From NCBI GenBank assembly GCA_945892765.1, contig CAMDDQ010000004.1, positions 1 through 61,333 on the forward strand: a stretch of 61,333 bases of DNA. The letters are read 5' to 3'. Made by a program: the position numbers and the translations under genes. The notes under the pieces are model-generated. The model searched no databases and was not told the DNA's origin. It worked only from the letters and a program-made list of their open reading frames with translations. Position 1 is the first letter of the stretch. Each line of letters starts with the position of its first letter. This stretch comes from Asaia bogorensis. GTDB lineage: Bacteria > Pseudomonadota > Alphaproteobacteria > CACIAM-22H2. Of the stretch, positions 19,915 to 30,704 are shown piece by piece.

Positions 19915-20397
19915 TTAGTGCAGCTTTTGCGGCAATTCCGCGATCGCTTGATCGATAAGAGCATCGGCACGTTGGCCTTCAAGAGACTCGGCCAACAGCT
20001 TGCGGGTGGCCGCCACCGCGGCATCGACGGCAACGGCGCGCACTTCGGCCGCGGCCTGAGCCTCGGCCTGAGCAATCCGTTGCATCGCCAGTTCTTCGCG
20101 ACGCTTTAGCGCCGCCTCCAAATCCTTTACCGCCTGGGCGGCGTGGCGTTCGGCCTCGGCCTTGGCGCGCACGACCATGTCTTCGGCCTCGCGCACCGAT
20201 TCCTTGTGTTTTTGCCGGTAACTCACCAGCAGCGCCTGCGCTTCATCACGAAGCTTCGCCGCTTGATCGAGTTCGGCCTTGATGCGGACCGCGCGGGCAT
20301 CGAGCGCACCCGTCAGGGCCCCCGCCGCTGGCTTCCACAACGCCACCACGAAGACGACAAAGCTGACGGCAACCCAGAATTCGGCGCTTTCCAGCAT
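19915..20397 (-). CDS. atpF: ATP synthase F0 subunit b
   Basis: EFWVAVSF TM helix followed by coiled coil. Confidence 0.92.
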   Translation of the reverse strand: MLESAEFWVAVSFVVFVVALWKPAAGALTGALDARAVRIKAELDQAAKLRDEAQALLVSYRQKHKESVREAEDMVVRAKAEAERHAAQAVKDLEAALKRREELAMQRIAQAEAQAAAEVRAVAVDAAVAATRKLLAESLEGQRADALIDQAIAELPQKLH

Positions 20398-20888
20398 CAG
20401 CCGCGTTCCTTCAATGCCGCGGCGACGGCGTTGTCGACTCGATCGGCGGCGGGTTCGGTGCCACCGAGCCGCTTCGTCGCCGCCCGCGCCACGTCCGCGG
20501 CGACGCTGCGGATATTGGAGAGCGCGCCGAGCTTCGCCTTATCGATCCGGCCCTCGGCTTCCTTCACTTGCGCGGCCAAACGCACGCCAAGTTCATTCTG
20601 GCGTTTCGCCGCATCGGCAGCCAACCGCTCCGACGCGATCCGCAACACCGATTGGGCTTCGACGCGTGCGGCGGCGAGAGTCTTCTCATAGGTCGCCAGA
20701 AGATGTTCGGCTTCCGCTTTGGCGGCGGTGGCGCGGTCGAGATCGCCGGCGATTCGACTTTCCCGCGCCTCGACCACCGCCCCGATCCGCGGCAACAGAA
20801 CCGCCCAGATCACCACGACGAGCGGGATGAAGGTCAGGGCAAGCCAGAAGACCTGCGACGCGAAAAATGTCGGATCGAGTTGCGGCAT
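20397..20888 (-). CDS. ATP synthase F0 subunit b'
   Basis: MPQLDPTFFASQVFWL signature; position in F0 operon. Confidence 0.92.
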   Translation of the reverse strand: MPQLDPTFFASQVFWLALTFIPLVVVIWAVLLPRIGAVVEARESRIAGDLDRATAAKAEAEHLLATYEKTLAAARVEAQSVLRIASERLAADAAKRQNELGVRLAAQVKEAEGRIDKAKLGALSNIRSVAADVARAATKRLGGTEPAADRVDNAVAAALKERG

Positions 20889-20912
20889 GGCGCGGCGCCT
20901 ACGTCCCCGCGA

Positions 20913-21137
20913 TCAGCCGAAGAGAATGATGAAGGCGATGACGAGCGCGAACAGCGCGATGGCTTCGCACAACGCAAAGCCCAGCATGGTGAAGGGGAAC
21001 ACCTTCGGCCCAGCGGCCGGGTTGCGGGCGGCCGAAGCGATGTAGCTGGAGAAGATGTTGCCGATGCCCACGCCGACTCCGGCGAGCGCGATCGTGGCCA
21101 GGCCGGCGCCCAGCATTTTTGCGGCTTCGAGTTCCAT
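20913..21137 (-). CDS. atpE: ATP synthase F0 subunit c
   Basis: [14 protein letters not shown], GxGxGxG, ARNP, FALCEA. Confidence 0.97.
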   Translation of the reverse strand: MELEAAKMLGAGLATIALAGVGVGIGNIFSSYIASAARNPAAGPKVFPFTMLGFALCEAIALFALVIAFIILFG

Positions 21138-21199
21138 GGTGCGATCCTTTGTCGTCGTCGTTGATGGTGACGGTCGAAAAAACGCGGCGGGTCGCCGTC

Positions 21200-21937
21200 T
21201 CAGTGGTGCAGATGCAGCGCGTCGTTCAGATACAAACAGGTCAGAATGGCAAAGACATAGGCCTGAAGGAAGGCGATGCCGATTTCGAGCCCGGTCAGCG
21301 CCACCAAGAAAGCGAGCGGCGCCCAACCAAGCAGAATGCCCAAAGCCACGACAAATCCGCCGAACAGCTTCAGCATCGTGTGCCCCGCCATCATGTTAGC
21401 AAACAGGCGGACGGACAGACTGACCGGACGCGCCAGATACGAAATGATCTCGATCGGTATCAGGATCGGCATCATGTAGACGGGCACACCCGTAGGATAG
21501 AAGATCGACAGGAAATGCAATCCGTGTTTGACGAACCCGATGATCGTGACGCCGACGAACACAACCATAGCCAGGGTGAAGGTAACGATGATGTGGCTGG
21601 TCGGCGTGAAGCTGTAAGGGACCATTCCCAGCATGTTTGCGAACAGGATGAACATGAACAGCGAAAAGACGAACGGGAAATACCGGCGGCCCGCCGCGCC
21701 GACATTGTCGCGGACCATGCCGGCGATGAATTCGTAAAGCATCTCGGTCACCGACTGCCAGCGCGTTGGCACGAGCGCGCCGCGGCGAACGCTCAAGGTC
21801 AGGAGCAGCACGATCAGCCCGACGGCAATCACCATGACCAGAGACGAATTCGTGAACGACAGGTCGAACTCGCCGATCCGCAGCGGGATCAACGGCTTGA
21901 TCTGGAATTGTTCGATGGGACTATGTTGTTCTGCCAC
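21200..21937 (-). CDS. atpB: ATP synthase F0 subunit a
   Basis: [29 protein letters not shown]. Confidence 0.97.
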   Translation of the reverse strand: MAEQHSPIEQFQIKPLIPLRIGEFDLSFTNSSLVMVIAVGLIVLLLTLSVRRGALVPTRWQSVTEMLYEFIAGMVRDNVGAAGRRYFPFVFSLFMFILFANMLGMVPYSFTPTSHIIVTFTLAMVVFVGVTIIGFVKHGLHFLSIFYPTGVPVYMMPILIPIEIISYLARPVSLSVRLFANMMAGHTMLKLFGGFVVALGILLGWAPLAFLVALTGLEIGIAFLQAYVFAILTCLYLNDALHLHH

Positions 21938-21970
21938 GTCGGCGACTCGGTTTATGTCTACTGAGGAAAT

Positions 21971-22318
21971 TCAGGATGACGAGGATCCATCCGGATCCCG
22001 AGGCCCCGGCCTCTCCAGGAAAAGTGCGTTCGCCGCCCGCCAGACATTGAGCATACCCGCCGCCGACCCCAACAGACCGAACACCAACACGCCCCACGGA
22101 CCCGTGTCCAGCGTGCGATCAACAAGAAGGCCTATGCCCACGCCGATGCCCACCGCCGCGACCAGTTCCACGCCTATGCGGAAGGCGAACCCGAGGCCGC
22201 TCATATCCGCCCCCGAAGTGCCGCCTTTGCGCGGCGCCGCCGATTTCCGCCGAGCCTGCGCTTCCTTAAGCTGCGCACCGAGCTCGTCGAGAGACGGCGG
22301 GGGCTCGCGCTCTCTCAT
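21971..22318 (-). CDS. atpI: AtpZ/AtpI family protein
   Basis: FRIGVELVA, DRTLDTGPWG, AGMLNVWR; first gene of F0 operon. Confidence 0.85.
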   Translation of the reverse strand: MREREPPPSLDELGAQLKEAQARRKSAAPRKGGTSGADMSGLGFAFRIGVELVAAVGIGVGIGLLVDRTLDTGPWGVLVFGLLGSAAGMLNVWRAANALFLERPGPRDPDGSSSS

Positions 22319-22380
22319 GGGAATACCCAAAAATCGCATAGCCGCCGGAACCCGGAACGATGCGTCCAAAGCGCGGGCGC

Positions 22381-22409
22381 ACCTTAGGTGGCGGGCGAAA
22401 AGCTGTCAA
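22381..22409 (-). promoter_or_regulatory. Putative sigma70 promoter of F0 operon
   Basis: Minus strand TTGACA-N17-TAAGGT. Confidence 0.6.
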
Positions 22410-22506
22410 GGCTGCAAGAACTAGCAAAACTGCGAAAAAAGACCGCACTCCATAGAGTTGCGTCGCGAGACTATGCTCAGCGACACCGTGCGTTATCGAA
22501 ATTGAA

Positions 22507-23010
22507 TCAAGGAAACAGCGGGGGAGTGTGAGGCGAAAACAGTGTGTCAAATGTCGCGCTGCTAACGAATGTGCCAATACCGGCACCAAACCCAACACTT
22601 AGGGCAACGGCTAATCCCCAACCAAGCGACCCAAAGGCTACAAGCGCCGGAACTATTCGAAACACGATCACTAGCATGATGGCGTTCGTCGTGACGACAG
22701 TCGCGACGAGAAAGGAGTCCGCTACATTAGACGAACTCTTTTGAAGCTCCCGCGCCGACGCCGGTGCCGTCTGATTGGTAAATCTCGGCACTCCAAGAAA
22801 TGCACCTTCAATTGCAAGAGCGCGCGGAGAAGGCATGGTTGTTCTGTCGGTGTTATCCGGGCTTTTTTTCCTGGGTGTTGATGTCGTTACGTGAGTGCGT
22901 CCCGATGTCCAATGCCCGGACTTGCTGCGGGCCAGCGCAAGAGCTAATTTTTCAGGTGCGCCAAAGGCGGACGTCAAACCGTATTCAAATGGAGGAGGCA
23001 GCTCATGCAC
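22507..23010 (-). CDS. Possible orphan membrane protein in lower-GC patch (start uncertain)
   Basis: Open frame with a hydrophobic Gly-rich C-terminal half; atypical codons; no family recognised. Confidence 0.3.
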   Translation of the reverse strand: MHELPPPFEYGLTSAFGAPEKLALALARSKSGHWTSGRTHVTTSTPRKKSPDNTDRTTMPSPRALAIEGAFLGVPRFTNQTAPASARELQKSSSNVADSFLVATVVTTNAIMLVIVFRIVPALVAFGSLGWGLAVALSVGFGAGIGTFVSSATFDTLFSPHTPPLFP

Positions 23011-23901
23011 CCACTGATCAACCAGGAGATTATCAATCTATATGACGAATACACACACGCGCCGCTCCCGCGCCGCGTGTTTCTCGATCGGCTGACGAAG
23101 CTGACGGGCAGTGCGGCAGCGGCCGCCACCGTCGTCGGACTGCTCGACAACAATTACGCCAATGCCCAGACCGTTAAGCTGGACGATCCGCGCATCTCCG
23201 TCACCAGTCGCGTTAACTTCCCCGCGCCGGAGATGATGAACGGCCATCTGGCCTGGCCCAAGACAGGCGGGACGAAATTCCCGGCCGTGGTCGTGATTCA
23301 CGAAAACCGCGGCCTGAACCCGCACACCGAAGACGTGGCCCGTCGTTTCGCCACGGTCGGCTTCCTGGCGCTCGCCCCGGACGCGCTCGCCCCGCAAGGC
23401 GGCTACCCCGGCGACGAGGACAAGGCCCGCGAATTGTTTGCAAAGGTCGACGCCAACAAAGCATCCGAAAACATGGTTGCCGCGGTGCGCTTCCTGAAGT
23501 CTCATCCCAATAGCACCGGCAGGGTCGGCATCGTCGGCTATTGTTGGGGCGGCGGCCAAGTCAACCAAGTGGCCCTTCGCGCCGGCGCCGATCTTACCGC
23601 TGGCGCGCCTTACTACGGCGCGGTGCCGGCCGTGGCGGATATGGGTAAGATCAAGGACATCAAGGCGAAGATGCAGTTGCACTACGCCGAGACGGACGCC
23701 GGCATCAATGCGCGCGTTCCCGAATACGAAGAGGCCCTGAAGGCGGCCGGCGTGTCGTTTGAAAAGCACGTCTATGCCGGCTCCCAGCACGCCTTCTTCA
23801 ATGACACGGCTGGCGCGCGGTACCACGAACCCTCCGCGAAGCTTGCCTGGGATCGTACCGTGGCGTTCTTCAAGGCGAATTTGGGCGGCCCGAGCGCCTA
23901 A
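23005..23901 (+). CDS. Dienelactone hydrolase family protein (YghX-like)
   Basis: LYDEYTH...RRVFL, HENRGLNPH, GYCWGG nucleophile motif, HAFFND; GGAGG RBS. Confidence 0.92.
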   Translation: MHPLINQEIINLYDEYTHAPLPRRVFLDRLTKLTGSAAAAATVVGLLDNNYANAQTVKLDDPRISVTSRVNFPAPEMMNGHLAWPKTGGTKFPAVVVIHENRGLNPHTEDVARRFATVGFLALAPDALAPQGGYPGDEDKARELFAKVDANKASENMVAAVRFLKSHPNSTGRVGIVGYCWGGGQVNQVALRAGADLTAGAPYYGAVPAVADMGKIKDIKAKMQLHYAETDAGINARVPEYEEALKAAGVSFEKHVYAGSQHAFFNDTAGARYHEPSAKLAWDRTVAFFKANLGGPSA

Positions 23902-23938
23902 TATGTAGGGGCGCCGAGTAGGCCCCGCAAACGAAGAA

Positions 23939-23980
23939 CCCCCCCTCTCCCGCCCGCGTGTTGCGGGCGAGAGAGGGGGG
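23939..23980 (-). terminator. Long GC hairpin, probable terminator (REP-like)
   Basis: About 18-bp stem CCCCCCTCTCTCGCCCGC/GCGGGCGGGAGAGGGGGG with one G-U on minus strand, followed by TTCTTCGTTT; between convergent genes. Confidence 0.6.
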
Positions 23981-24055
23981 CTCGCGGTGACACTCGTCCC
24001 AGGGGGAGGGCCCTGGGACGGCGACCGCGAGATGGTTAAGCAAAATTCCGAGAAA

Positions 24056-24412
24056 TTACGTTCTGCCCCGCGGCATCGGCATGTGCCGGCCGTGGTCATC
24101 CTCGCGGCGCATTTGCGGCGGCCGTGGCGCAGGCTCCGAGATGACCCCGCTGATGGGGTCCACGGATAACGAATGCAATTCGCCACTCTGATCGAGCGCG
24201 CGAACGACCCACCGGCCGCGCGTCCTCTCGATCTCGCGGATGTTCGAATAGCCGCCATCCTCGAGTTTCTTGACGATGTCGGAAAGCGCCATCGCCTTAG
24301 CCGTCGGCGATGGCAGGGGGGCCGATGGCGGGGTCGGTTGCGCCATGGCGGCACCCCCGACGGCAGTAAGCGCGATCAGCCCAACGGCCAAATTCCGTGT
24401 GGTTTTGTTCAT
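24056..24412 (-). CDS. Secreted PepSY-domain protein
   Basis: Signal peptide; LEDGGYSNIREIE...VDPISG. Confidence 0.8.
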   Translation of the reverse strand: MNKTTRNLAVGLIALTAVGGAAMAQPTPPSAPLPSPTAKAMALSDIVKKLEDGGYSNIREIERTRGRWVVRALDQSGELHSLSVDPISGVISEPAPRPPQMRREDDHGRHMPMPRGRT

Positions 24413-24585
24413 GAGGACAACTCCTGAAGGTCGTGGTCCATAATTGCCATCCTGCCGAAGCCGGCCTTAACCCAGCGTGATGGGGACGTTCATCGTCGGT
24501 TCATCCCCGGCGCGCCACCATCTCGGCGAAATTCGATGTATGATGTTTCGGCGCTCGGCTAGGGGCGCCGATCGGGTCCTGGACC

Positions 24586-24999
24586 ATGCGAGTATTGTTG
24601 TTCATTGCGATGGTGTTGGCGTTCACGCTGCCGTCTACCATCGGACACGCGGACGATCGCACGCGCCACGATCACGATCGTGCCCGCGCGGCCTTCCAAC
24701 GTGGTGAGATCAGGCCCCTGGACGACATATTGGCGCGATTGCGGCCGGATTTTCCTGGGCGGCTTTTGCGCGTCGATCTCGACCTTGAAAATGCGGGCAG
24801 CCAGCGCTGGGTCTACCAAATCCTAGTCCTCGGGAGGGAAGGCAAGGTAACGCGACTGCGAGTCGATGCCCGCACCGCCGATGTTATCGGCGCCGAAGCC
24901 GGACCTTTGCCGCGAGCGCCTCGTCCGCCCATGGCGCCGCCGCCGAACGGCCCGCGGCCGGGTGATTTGCCCGCGACCCGCCCGGCCGTGGCGCGCTGA
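24586..24999 (+). CDS. Secreted PepSY-domain protein
   Basis: Signal peptide; DHDRARAA...GEIRPL...VDARTA. Confidence 0.82.
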   Translation: MRVLLFIAMVLAFTLPSTIGHADDRTRHDHDRARAAFQRGEIRPLDDILARLRPDFPGRLLRVDLDLENAGSQRWVYQILVLGREGKVTRLRVDARTADVIGAEAGPLPRAPRPPMAPPPNGPRPGDLPATRPAVAR

Positions 25000-25057
25000 C
25001 ACCCGGCGCACCGAGTCGCGTTCGCGCGAAGCGCCGCAACCGAGTAAGCAAAGTCCC

Positions 25058-25801
25058 ATGCGTGTCTTGGTCGTCGAGGACGATCCCGATCTTTCCCGGC
25101 AATTGGTCGCGGCGCTGACCGAGGCCGGCTATGCCACCGACCACGCGGCCGATGGGGAAGAGGCGCTGTTTCTCGGAGACACCGAACCCTATGACGTTGT
25201 CGTGCTCGACCTCGGCCTGCCGAAGCTCGATGGGGTCAGCGTCCTTAAGCGGTGGCGCGTCGCTGGCCGCACGATGCCGGTACTGATCCTGACCGCGCGC
25301 GATATGTGGAGCGAAAAGGTCTCGGGTTTCGATGCCGGCGCCGACGACTACCTCGCCAAGCCCTTCCATATGGAGGAACTGCTCGCCCGGCTCCGGGCGT
25401 TGATACGCCGCGCCGCCGGCCATTCCCGCGCCGAGATCGAATGTGGCGCGGTTCGGCTCGACACGCGTACCGGCCGCGTCGACGTCAACGGCGCGCCGAT
25501 CCGTCTCACCGCCCAAGAGCAACGAATTCTCGCCTATCTGCTGCACCACCAGGGGCGTACGGTCAGCCGGACTGAGTTGACCGAACATGTCTACGATCGG
25601 GATTTCGACCTCGATTCTAACGTCATCGAGGTTCTGATCGCACGCCTGCGCAAGAAACTCGGCGTGCCCGTGATCGAAACCGTGCGCGGCCTGGGATATC
25701 GCGTCGGCATTCCCGGACCCGCCGCACCGGAAGCCGTGCCAACGAAGGCGGAATCCCCGAAGCTGCCGTCGCCCCAGCGTCATCGTGGCGGCAAGGCGTA
25801 G
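25058..25801 (+). CDS. OmpR-family response regulator
   Basis: MRVLVVEDD, LDLGLP, GADDYLAKPF, IETVRGLGY. Confidence 0.93.
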   Translation: MRVLVVEDDPDLSRQLVAALTEAGYATDHAADGEEALFLGDTEPYDVVVLDLGLPKLDGVSVLKRWRVAGRTMPVLILTARDMWSEKVSGFDAGADDYLAKPFHMEELLARLRALIRRAAGHSRAEIECGAVRLDTRTGRVDVNGAPIRLTAQEQRILAYLLHHQGRTVSRTELTEHVYDRDFDLDSNVIEVLIARLRKKLGVPVIETVRGLGYRVGIPGPAAPEAVPTKAESPKLPSPQRHRGGKA

Positions 25802-27134
25802 ATCGCTTGCCCTTCGGCTGGTCACCGCCGCCGGCTTGTGGGCGGCGGCGGCACTGCTCGCCGCCGGGATTTTGCTGTCCGCGCTGTTTGGTGACGCGGT
25901 CGAACGCGGGTTCGATGCACGTTTGGGCGTCATCCTCGACAGCTTGATCGGCAGCGCCGAACTAACGGCCGATGGCGCGCTGGATCTGGCGCTGCCCCCC
26001 GGGGAGGAGAGGTTCAACCAGCCCTATTCCGGGTGGTATTGGCAGGTCAGTCTCGACCGTGAGCCGGTGCTGCGGTCGCGCTCGCTTTGGGATCGGGCCT
26101 TGCCTGGCCTGGTTGCGAATGAAACACCGGAAAGACGAGGTGAACTTTCCGGGCCGCGAGGGGAAAGGCTGCGCTCGATCGAACGCGACGTGGCCGTGCC
26201 CGATTCGCCTTCGGTGCTGCGTTTCCAAGTAGCGGCGGAGGACGCCGAGCTAGTCGAGGAGCAGCGGAATTTTCAATCGGCCTTGGTGGCCGCGTTGGGG
26301 TTGCTCGGGCTTGCCCTGGTGGCGGCGCTGTGGGTACAGGTTCGCTTCGCGCTGGAGCCATTCGGCCGGCTGCGCCGAGCCCTGGCTGCGGTACGAGGCG
26401 GGCGCGAGGCCCGGCTCAAGGGCGTTTATCCCGTCGAAATCGCGCCGCTGATCGATGAGTTGAATGCCCTGCTTGATCACAACGAAATCGTCCTCGTTCG
26501 CGCCCGTAGTGAAGCCGCCAATCTCGCCCATGCGTTGAAGACACCGCTGGCGGTGCTCGCCAACGAGGCCGGCCGCGAGCTCGGCGCTCTGGCCGAGACC
26601 GCCGCGCGCCAGGTCGACGTCATGCGCCAACAGGTTGATCGCCATCTCGCGCGCGCGCGCGCGGCCGGCGGTCAGGTGCTGGGGGCGCGCGCCGAAATAG
26701 CATCGGTGGCCGATGAATTGCGGCGGACGTTGCTGCGCGTGTATGCCGACAAGCACGTTGATATCGACATCGCCAGGACCCCCGGCGTCGCCTTCCGCGG
26801 CGATCGCCAGGACTTGGCCGAGATGCTGGGCAATTTGCTCGACAACGCCTGCAAATGGGCGTGTGGCAAGGTTCGGCTCGATGCCGAATCGGCCGGCGGG
26901 CGGCTCACGCTTAGTGTTGAAGACGATGGGCCGGGATTGTCCGCGGTGGAGCACGAAGCCGCTCTGAACCGCGGCACCCGCCTCGATGAGAGCGTGCCGG
27001 GGAGCGGGCTCGGCCTAGCGATCACCCGGGAACTGGCGGAGCTTTACGGCGGCAGCCTTACCCTTGGTGAAGCCCGCCTTGGCGGGCTTCGCGCGGTCCT
27101 GAATCTTCCCGCCCCCGAGGAAATCGGTTCGTAG
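25785..27134 (+). CDS. Sensor histidine kinase
   Basis: Two TM helices, SGWYWQ, LAHALKTPL H-box, GNLLDNA, EDDGPG, GSGLGL. Confidence 0.93.
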   Translation: MAARRRSLALRLVTAAGLWAAAALLAAGILLSALFGDAVERGFDARLGVILDSLIGSAELTADGALDLALPPGEERFNQPYSGWYWQVSLDREPVLRSRSLWDRALPGLVANETPERRGELSGPRGERLRSIERDVAVPDSPSVLRFQVAAEDAELVEEQRNFQSALVAALGLLGLALVAALWVQVRFALEPFGRLRRALAAVRGGREARLKGVYPVEIAPLIDELNALLDHNEIVLVRARSEAANLAHALKTPLAVLANEAGRELGALAETAARQVDVMRQQVDRHLARARAAGGQVLGARAEIASVADELRRTLLRVYADKHVDIDIARTPGVAFRGDRQDLAEMLGNLLDNACKWACGKVRLDAESAGGRLTLSVEDDGPGLSAVEHEAALNRGTRLDESVPGSGLGLAITRELAELYGGSLTLGEARLGGLRAVLNLPAPEEIGS

Positions 27135-27147
27135 AACGGGATCGGCG

Positions 27148-27684
27148 CTATTTTGCCGCGAGCACCATCGTCATCTGCCGGCCTTCCATCTTGGGAAACT
27201 GCTCGACCTTCGCCTTTTCGTCGATATCGGCGCGCACGCGATCGAGAAGCTGCATCCCCAGTTCCTGATGAACCAGTTCACGGCCCCGGAAACGCAGGGT
27301 CACCTTGACCTTGTCGCCTTCCTCGAGGAAGCGGTGCATGGCGCGCATCTTCACGCCATAGTCATTGTTGTCGATGGTTGGGCGCATCTTGATCTCTTTG
27401 ATCTCGATGACTTTTTGCTTTTTGCGCGCCTCGTTTTTCTTCTTCTGCTCCTCGTATTTGAACTTGCCAAAATCGAGGATCTTGCAGACGGGCGGTTCGG
27501 CGTTGGGCGCCACCTCGACGAGGTCGAGATCGACCTCCATGGCCATCCTCAGCGCTTCAAGCAAAGGGACAACTCCGATCATGTCGCCCTTGTGGTCGAT
27601 CAGGCGAATGCTGTTCGCCTCGATCTGATCGTTGATCCGCGGTCCTTCCCGAACCGGGGCCGCGTTGGAAGTCGGTCGCGCGAT
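27148..27684 (-). CDS. infC: Translation initiation factor IF-3 (ATC start)
   Basis: [21 protein letters not shown]; frame extends upstream via GPRINDQI to an ATC 7 nt after AAAGGAGA. Confidence 0.95.
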   Translation of the reverse strand: MARPTSNAAPVREGPRINDQIEANSIRLIDHKGDMIGVVPLLEALRMAMEVDLDLVEVAPNAEPPVCKILDFGKFKYEEQKKKNEARKKQKVIEIKEIKMRPTIDNNDYGVKMRAMHRFLEEGDKVKVTLRFRGRELVHQELGMQLLDRVRADIDEKAKVEQFPKMEGRQMTMVLAAK

Positions 27685-27759
27685 GTAGAAGTCTCCTTTG
27701 TAAAACCTGCACTCGATCCGGCGAACGACTTTCGCGCCGGTCCCCGTGCGGCGAGGCTA

Positions 27760-29673
27760 TTAGGCCGTGGGGAGTTTGGCCTCGGCCGTAACTCTAGCGA
27801 TGGCGTCCTCCAGCGCAAGGACTTCTTGCGCGCCGCCCGCCAAACGCCGCATCGAAACCTGGCGATTTTCGGATTCCCGCTTGCCGATGGCGAACAGGAT
27901 CGGCGCCTTTGCCAGGGAATGTTCGCGCACCTTGTAGCCGATCTTTTCGTTGCGCAGGTCGATCTCAACCCGCAAGCCGGCGGCGGCCAGATGGCGCTGG
28001 ACCTCGGTGGCATAGTCATCGCCATCGTTGGTGATGGTCGCGACCACGATTTGGACCGGAGCCAACCAGAGCGGGAAACGCCCGGCATAGTGTTCGATGA
28101 GCACACCGACGAAACGCTCGACGGAACCAAGAATGGCGCGGTGAAGCATCACTGGACGGTGTTTCTGCCCGTCCTCGCCGATGTAACTCGCGTCGAGCCG
28201 CTCGGGAAGAACGAAATCGACCTGAAGAGTGCCACATTGCCAATCGCGGCCGATGGCGTCTTTCAGAACGAATTCCAGCTTCGGTCCGTAAAACGCGCCT
28301 TCGCCGGGGTTGAGCACATAGTCGAGCCCCGCCGCCTTCACCGCGTTCTGTAACGCCGCCTCGGCTTTGTCCCAGATGGCGTCGCTGCCGGAGCGCCGTG
28401 CTGGCCGGTCGGAAAACTTGACCTGCGGCTGGCCGAATCCGAAATCGCGATACACCTGTTGCAGCAACGAACAAAACGCCACCGTCTCCGACGTAATCTG
28501 ATCTTCGGTGCAGAAAATATGGGCATCATCTTGGGTGAAGGCGCGCACGCGCATCAAGCCATGCAGGGCGCCCGAAGGTTCGTTGCGATGGCAGGAACCG
28601 AATTCGGCCATGCGCAGCGGCAGGTCGCGATAACTCTTCAGACCCTGACGAAATATTTGGACGTGGCCGGGGCAGTTCATCGGCTTTAGAGCGAGAACCT
28701 TGTTTTCGGACTCGGCGGTGAACATGTGTTCGCCGAACTTCTCCCAATGGCCGGAGGCTTCCCATAGCGAGCGGTCGAGAAGTTGGGGAGTCCGCACCTC
28801 GACATAGCCGTCGCCTTCGATGCGGCGCCGCACATGGCTTTCAACCATGCGGTAAAGCGTCCAGCCCTTGGGATGCCAGAACACGTTCCCGACGGCTTCG
28901 TCCTGCTGATGAAACAGCGCCATTTCGCGACCCAGGCGGCGATGATCGCGAAGCTCAGCCTCTTCCAGCCGATGCAAATAGTCCTTGAGTTGATCGTCCG
29001 TCGCCCAAGCCGTGCCATAGATGCGCTGAAGCATGGCGTTGCGCGAATCGCCGCGCCAATACGCGCCGGCAAGCTTCATCAGCTTGAACGCGGTGCCGAG
29101 CTTACCTGTCTCGGGCAGATGCGGCCCGACGCAGAGATCGATGAAATCACCCTGGCGATAGAGGCTGATTTCTTCGCCGGCCGGAAAACTTTCGATGAGT
29201 TCGGCTTTGTAGTGCTCCCCAGTCGATTTGAAATAAGCGATCGCCTTGCTGCGGTCCCAGACTTCCCGCGCGATCTCCTCGTTGCGGCCGACGATCTCTC
29301 GCATGCGCGTCTCGATGATCGGCAAGTCATCGGGCGTGAAGGCGGTGTCGCGGTGAAAATCGTAATAGAACCCGTCCTCGATCGCCGGTCCGATCGTGAC
29401 CTGGGTTTCGGGATAGAGTTCCTTGACCGCCTCCGCCATGACATGCGCCGCGTCGTGCCGGAGCAATTCGAGCGCGTCGGCGTCCTTGCGCGTAACGATC
29501 GATATTTTCGCGTCGCGGTCGAGGACGGTTTTCAAATCCCGCAGAGCGCCATCGATCCTGATGGCAAGCGCATCCTTCGCCAGTCGCGGGCCAATCGCGG
29601 CGGCGATCGCGGCCCCTGTGATTGGACCATCGAAGCGGCGAACACTGCCATCGGGCAAGGTGAGAGCGGGCAT
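27760..29673 (-). CDS. thrS: Threonine--tRNA ligase
   Basis: [31 protein letters not shown]. Confidence 0.98.
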   Translation of the reverse strand: MPALTLPDGSVRRFDGPITGAAIAAAIGPRLAKDALAIRIDGALRDLKTVLDRDAKISIVTRKDADALELLRHDAAHVMAEAVKELYPETQVTIGPAIEDGFYYDFHRDTAFTPDDLPIIETRMREIVGRNEEIAREVWDRSKAIAYFKSTGEHYKAELIESFPAGEEISLYRQGDFIDLCVGPHLPETGKLGTAFKLMKLAGAYWRGDSRNAMLQRIYGTAWATDDQLKDYLHRLEEAELRDHRRLGREMALFHQQDEAVGNVFWHPKGWTLYRMVESHVRRRIEGDGYVEVRTPQLLDRSLWEASGHWEKFGEHMFTAESENKVLALKPMNCPGHVQIFRQGLKSYRDLPLRMAEFGSCHRNEPSGALHGLMRVRAFTQDDAHIFCTEDQITSETVAFCSLLQQVYRDFGFGQPQVKFSDRPARRSGSDAIWDKAEAALQNAVKAAGLDYVLNPGEGAFYGPKLEFVLKDAIGRDWQCGTLQVDFVLPERLDASYIGEDGQKHRPVMLHRAILGSVERFVGVLIEHYAGRFPLWLAPVQIVVATITNDGDDYATEVQRHLAAAGLRVEIDLRNEKIGYKVREHSLAKAPILFAIGKRESENRQVSMRRLAGGAQEVLALEDAIARVTAEAKLPTA

Positions 29674-29713
29674 GGCGCGGCTCAAAACGGCTTTTTTTTG
29701 GACAGAACCGGGC

Positions 29714-29741
29714 AATCTAGAGGGAATCGATGAAGTGTCAA
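29714..29741 (-). promoter_or_regulatory. Putative sigma70 promoter of thrS-infC
   Basis: Minus strand TTGACA-N16-TAGATT; -35 overlaps the upstream stop codon. Confidence 0.55.
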
Positions 29742-30694
29742 GTGCTGGGGGCCAGCCATTCCCAGACTTCCGCCGGGGGTAGGTCGGCCAACCTCTCTCG
29801 GCGAAGAACGGTGACGTCGGCGCCACGCGGCGCACACAAGGCTGGATCGGAGGCGGACGAAAAGAGGACCAGGGCGCGGCATCCGGCGGCCGCGATCAGA
29901 TGCATGGGGCCGGTGTCGTTGCCGATAGCGGCCTTGGCGCCGCGGGCCAGGTTGGCGATGTCGGCGAGGGAGGTTTCGCCAGCCAGATCCAGCCCCGTCG
30001 GACAGTTGCGGAGGATGGCTTTGATCATGGATTTTTCCGTGGCCGTGCCCAGGAGTACCGGTTGTTGCCCGGAGGCGGCCAGCGTTGCACCGAGCCCAGC
30101 AAAATGGGTCGCCGGCCATCTCTTTTCCGGGCGGTGGACCGAGCCGCCGGGAACCAACAACACATAGGGTTGGCTCAACCGAAAGCGTGAAATATCCGCC
30201 CCCACCCAGGACAGGTCGGGGGCCGACACGGTGGCGATCCCGGCCATCTGCAACTGTTCGGCCTGTCGTTCCGCCGTGTGCATGAGATCGCGGCCTGGAT
30301 TGGCGTGGGGGTGGGAACAACCCAAGGCGATGCCCGACCATTCCGGCCGCCGCCCCGGGCCGAGGAGCCGGAAATAGGCGCCGCTGCGGTCCGAGGTCTG
30401 AAGGTCATAGACGCGGTCGAAGGCACCGTCGATCAGCTTGCGCCGGAGCCGGAGCCAACCGCCGACATCCCACAAACGCGGGCGATCATCCACCCACACT
30501 GCGTCGAAATAGGGACTGGCGGCGGCGAAATCGGCGAACGCAGCGCCGGTCAGCAGAGTGACATGGGCATCGCGGTGGTGTCGGCGGATGGCGGCGAAAG
30601 GGCCCATGGCCTGAACGAAATCGCCGAGCGCGCCGAGCTTGACGACGAGGATGCGCGAAATCTCCGGTCCCGGCGCTGCCGCTGCCTGGCTCAA
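29738..30694 (-). CDS. Glycosyltransferase family 9 (LPS heptosyltransferase-like)
   Basis: [23 protein letters not shown]. Confidence 0.9.
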   Translation of the reverse strand: MSQAAAAPGPEISRILVVKLGALGDFVQAMGPFAAIRRHHRDAHVTLLTGAAFADFAAASPYFDAVWVDDRPRLWDVGGWLRLRRKLIDGAFDRVYDLQTSDRSGAYFRLLGPGRRPEWSGIALGCSHPHANPGRDLMHTAERQAEQLQMAGIATVSAPDLSWVGADISRFRLSQPYVLLVPGGSVHRPEKRWPATHFAGLGATLAASGQQPVLLGTATEKSMIKAILRNCPTGLDLAGETSLADIANLARGAKAAIGNDTGPMHLIAAAGCRALVLFSSASDPALCAPRGADVTVLRRERLADLPPAEVWEWLAPST

Positions 30695-30704
30695 TGCCGC
30701 CCGC

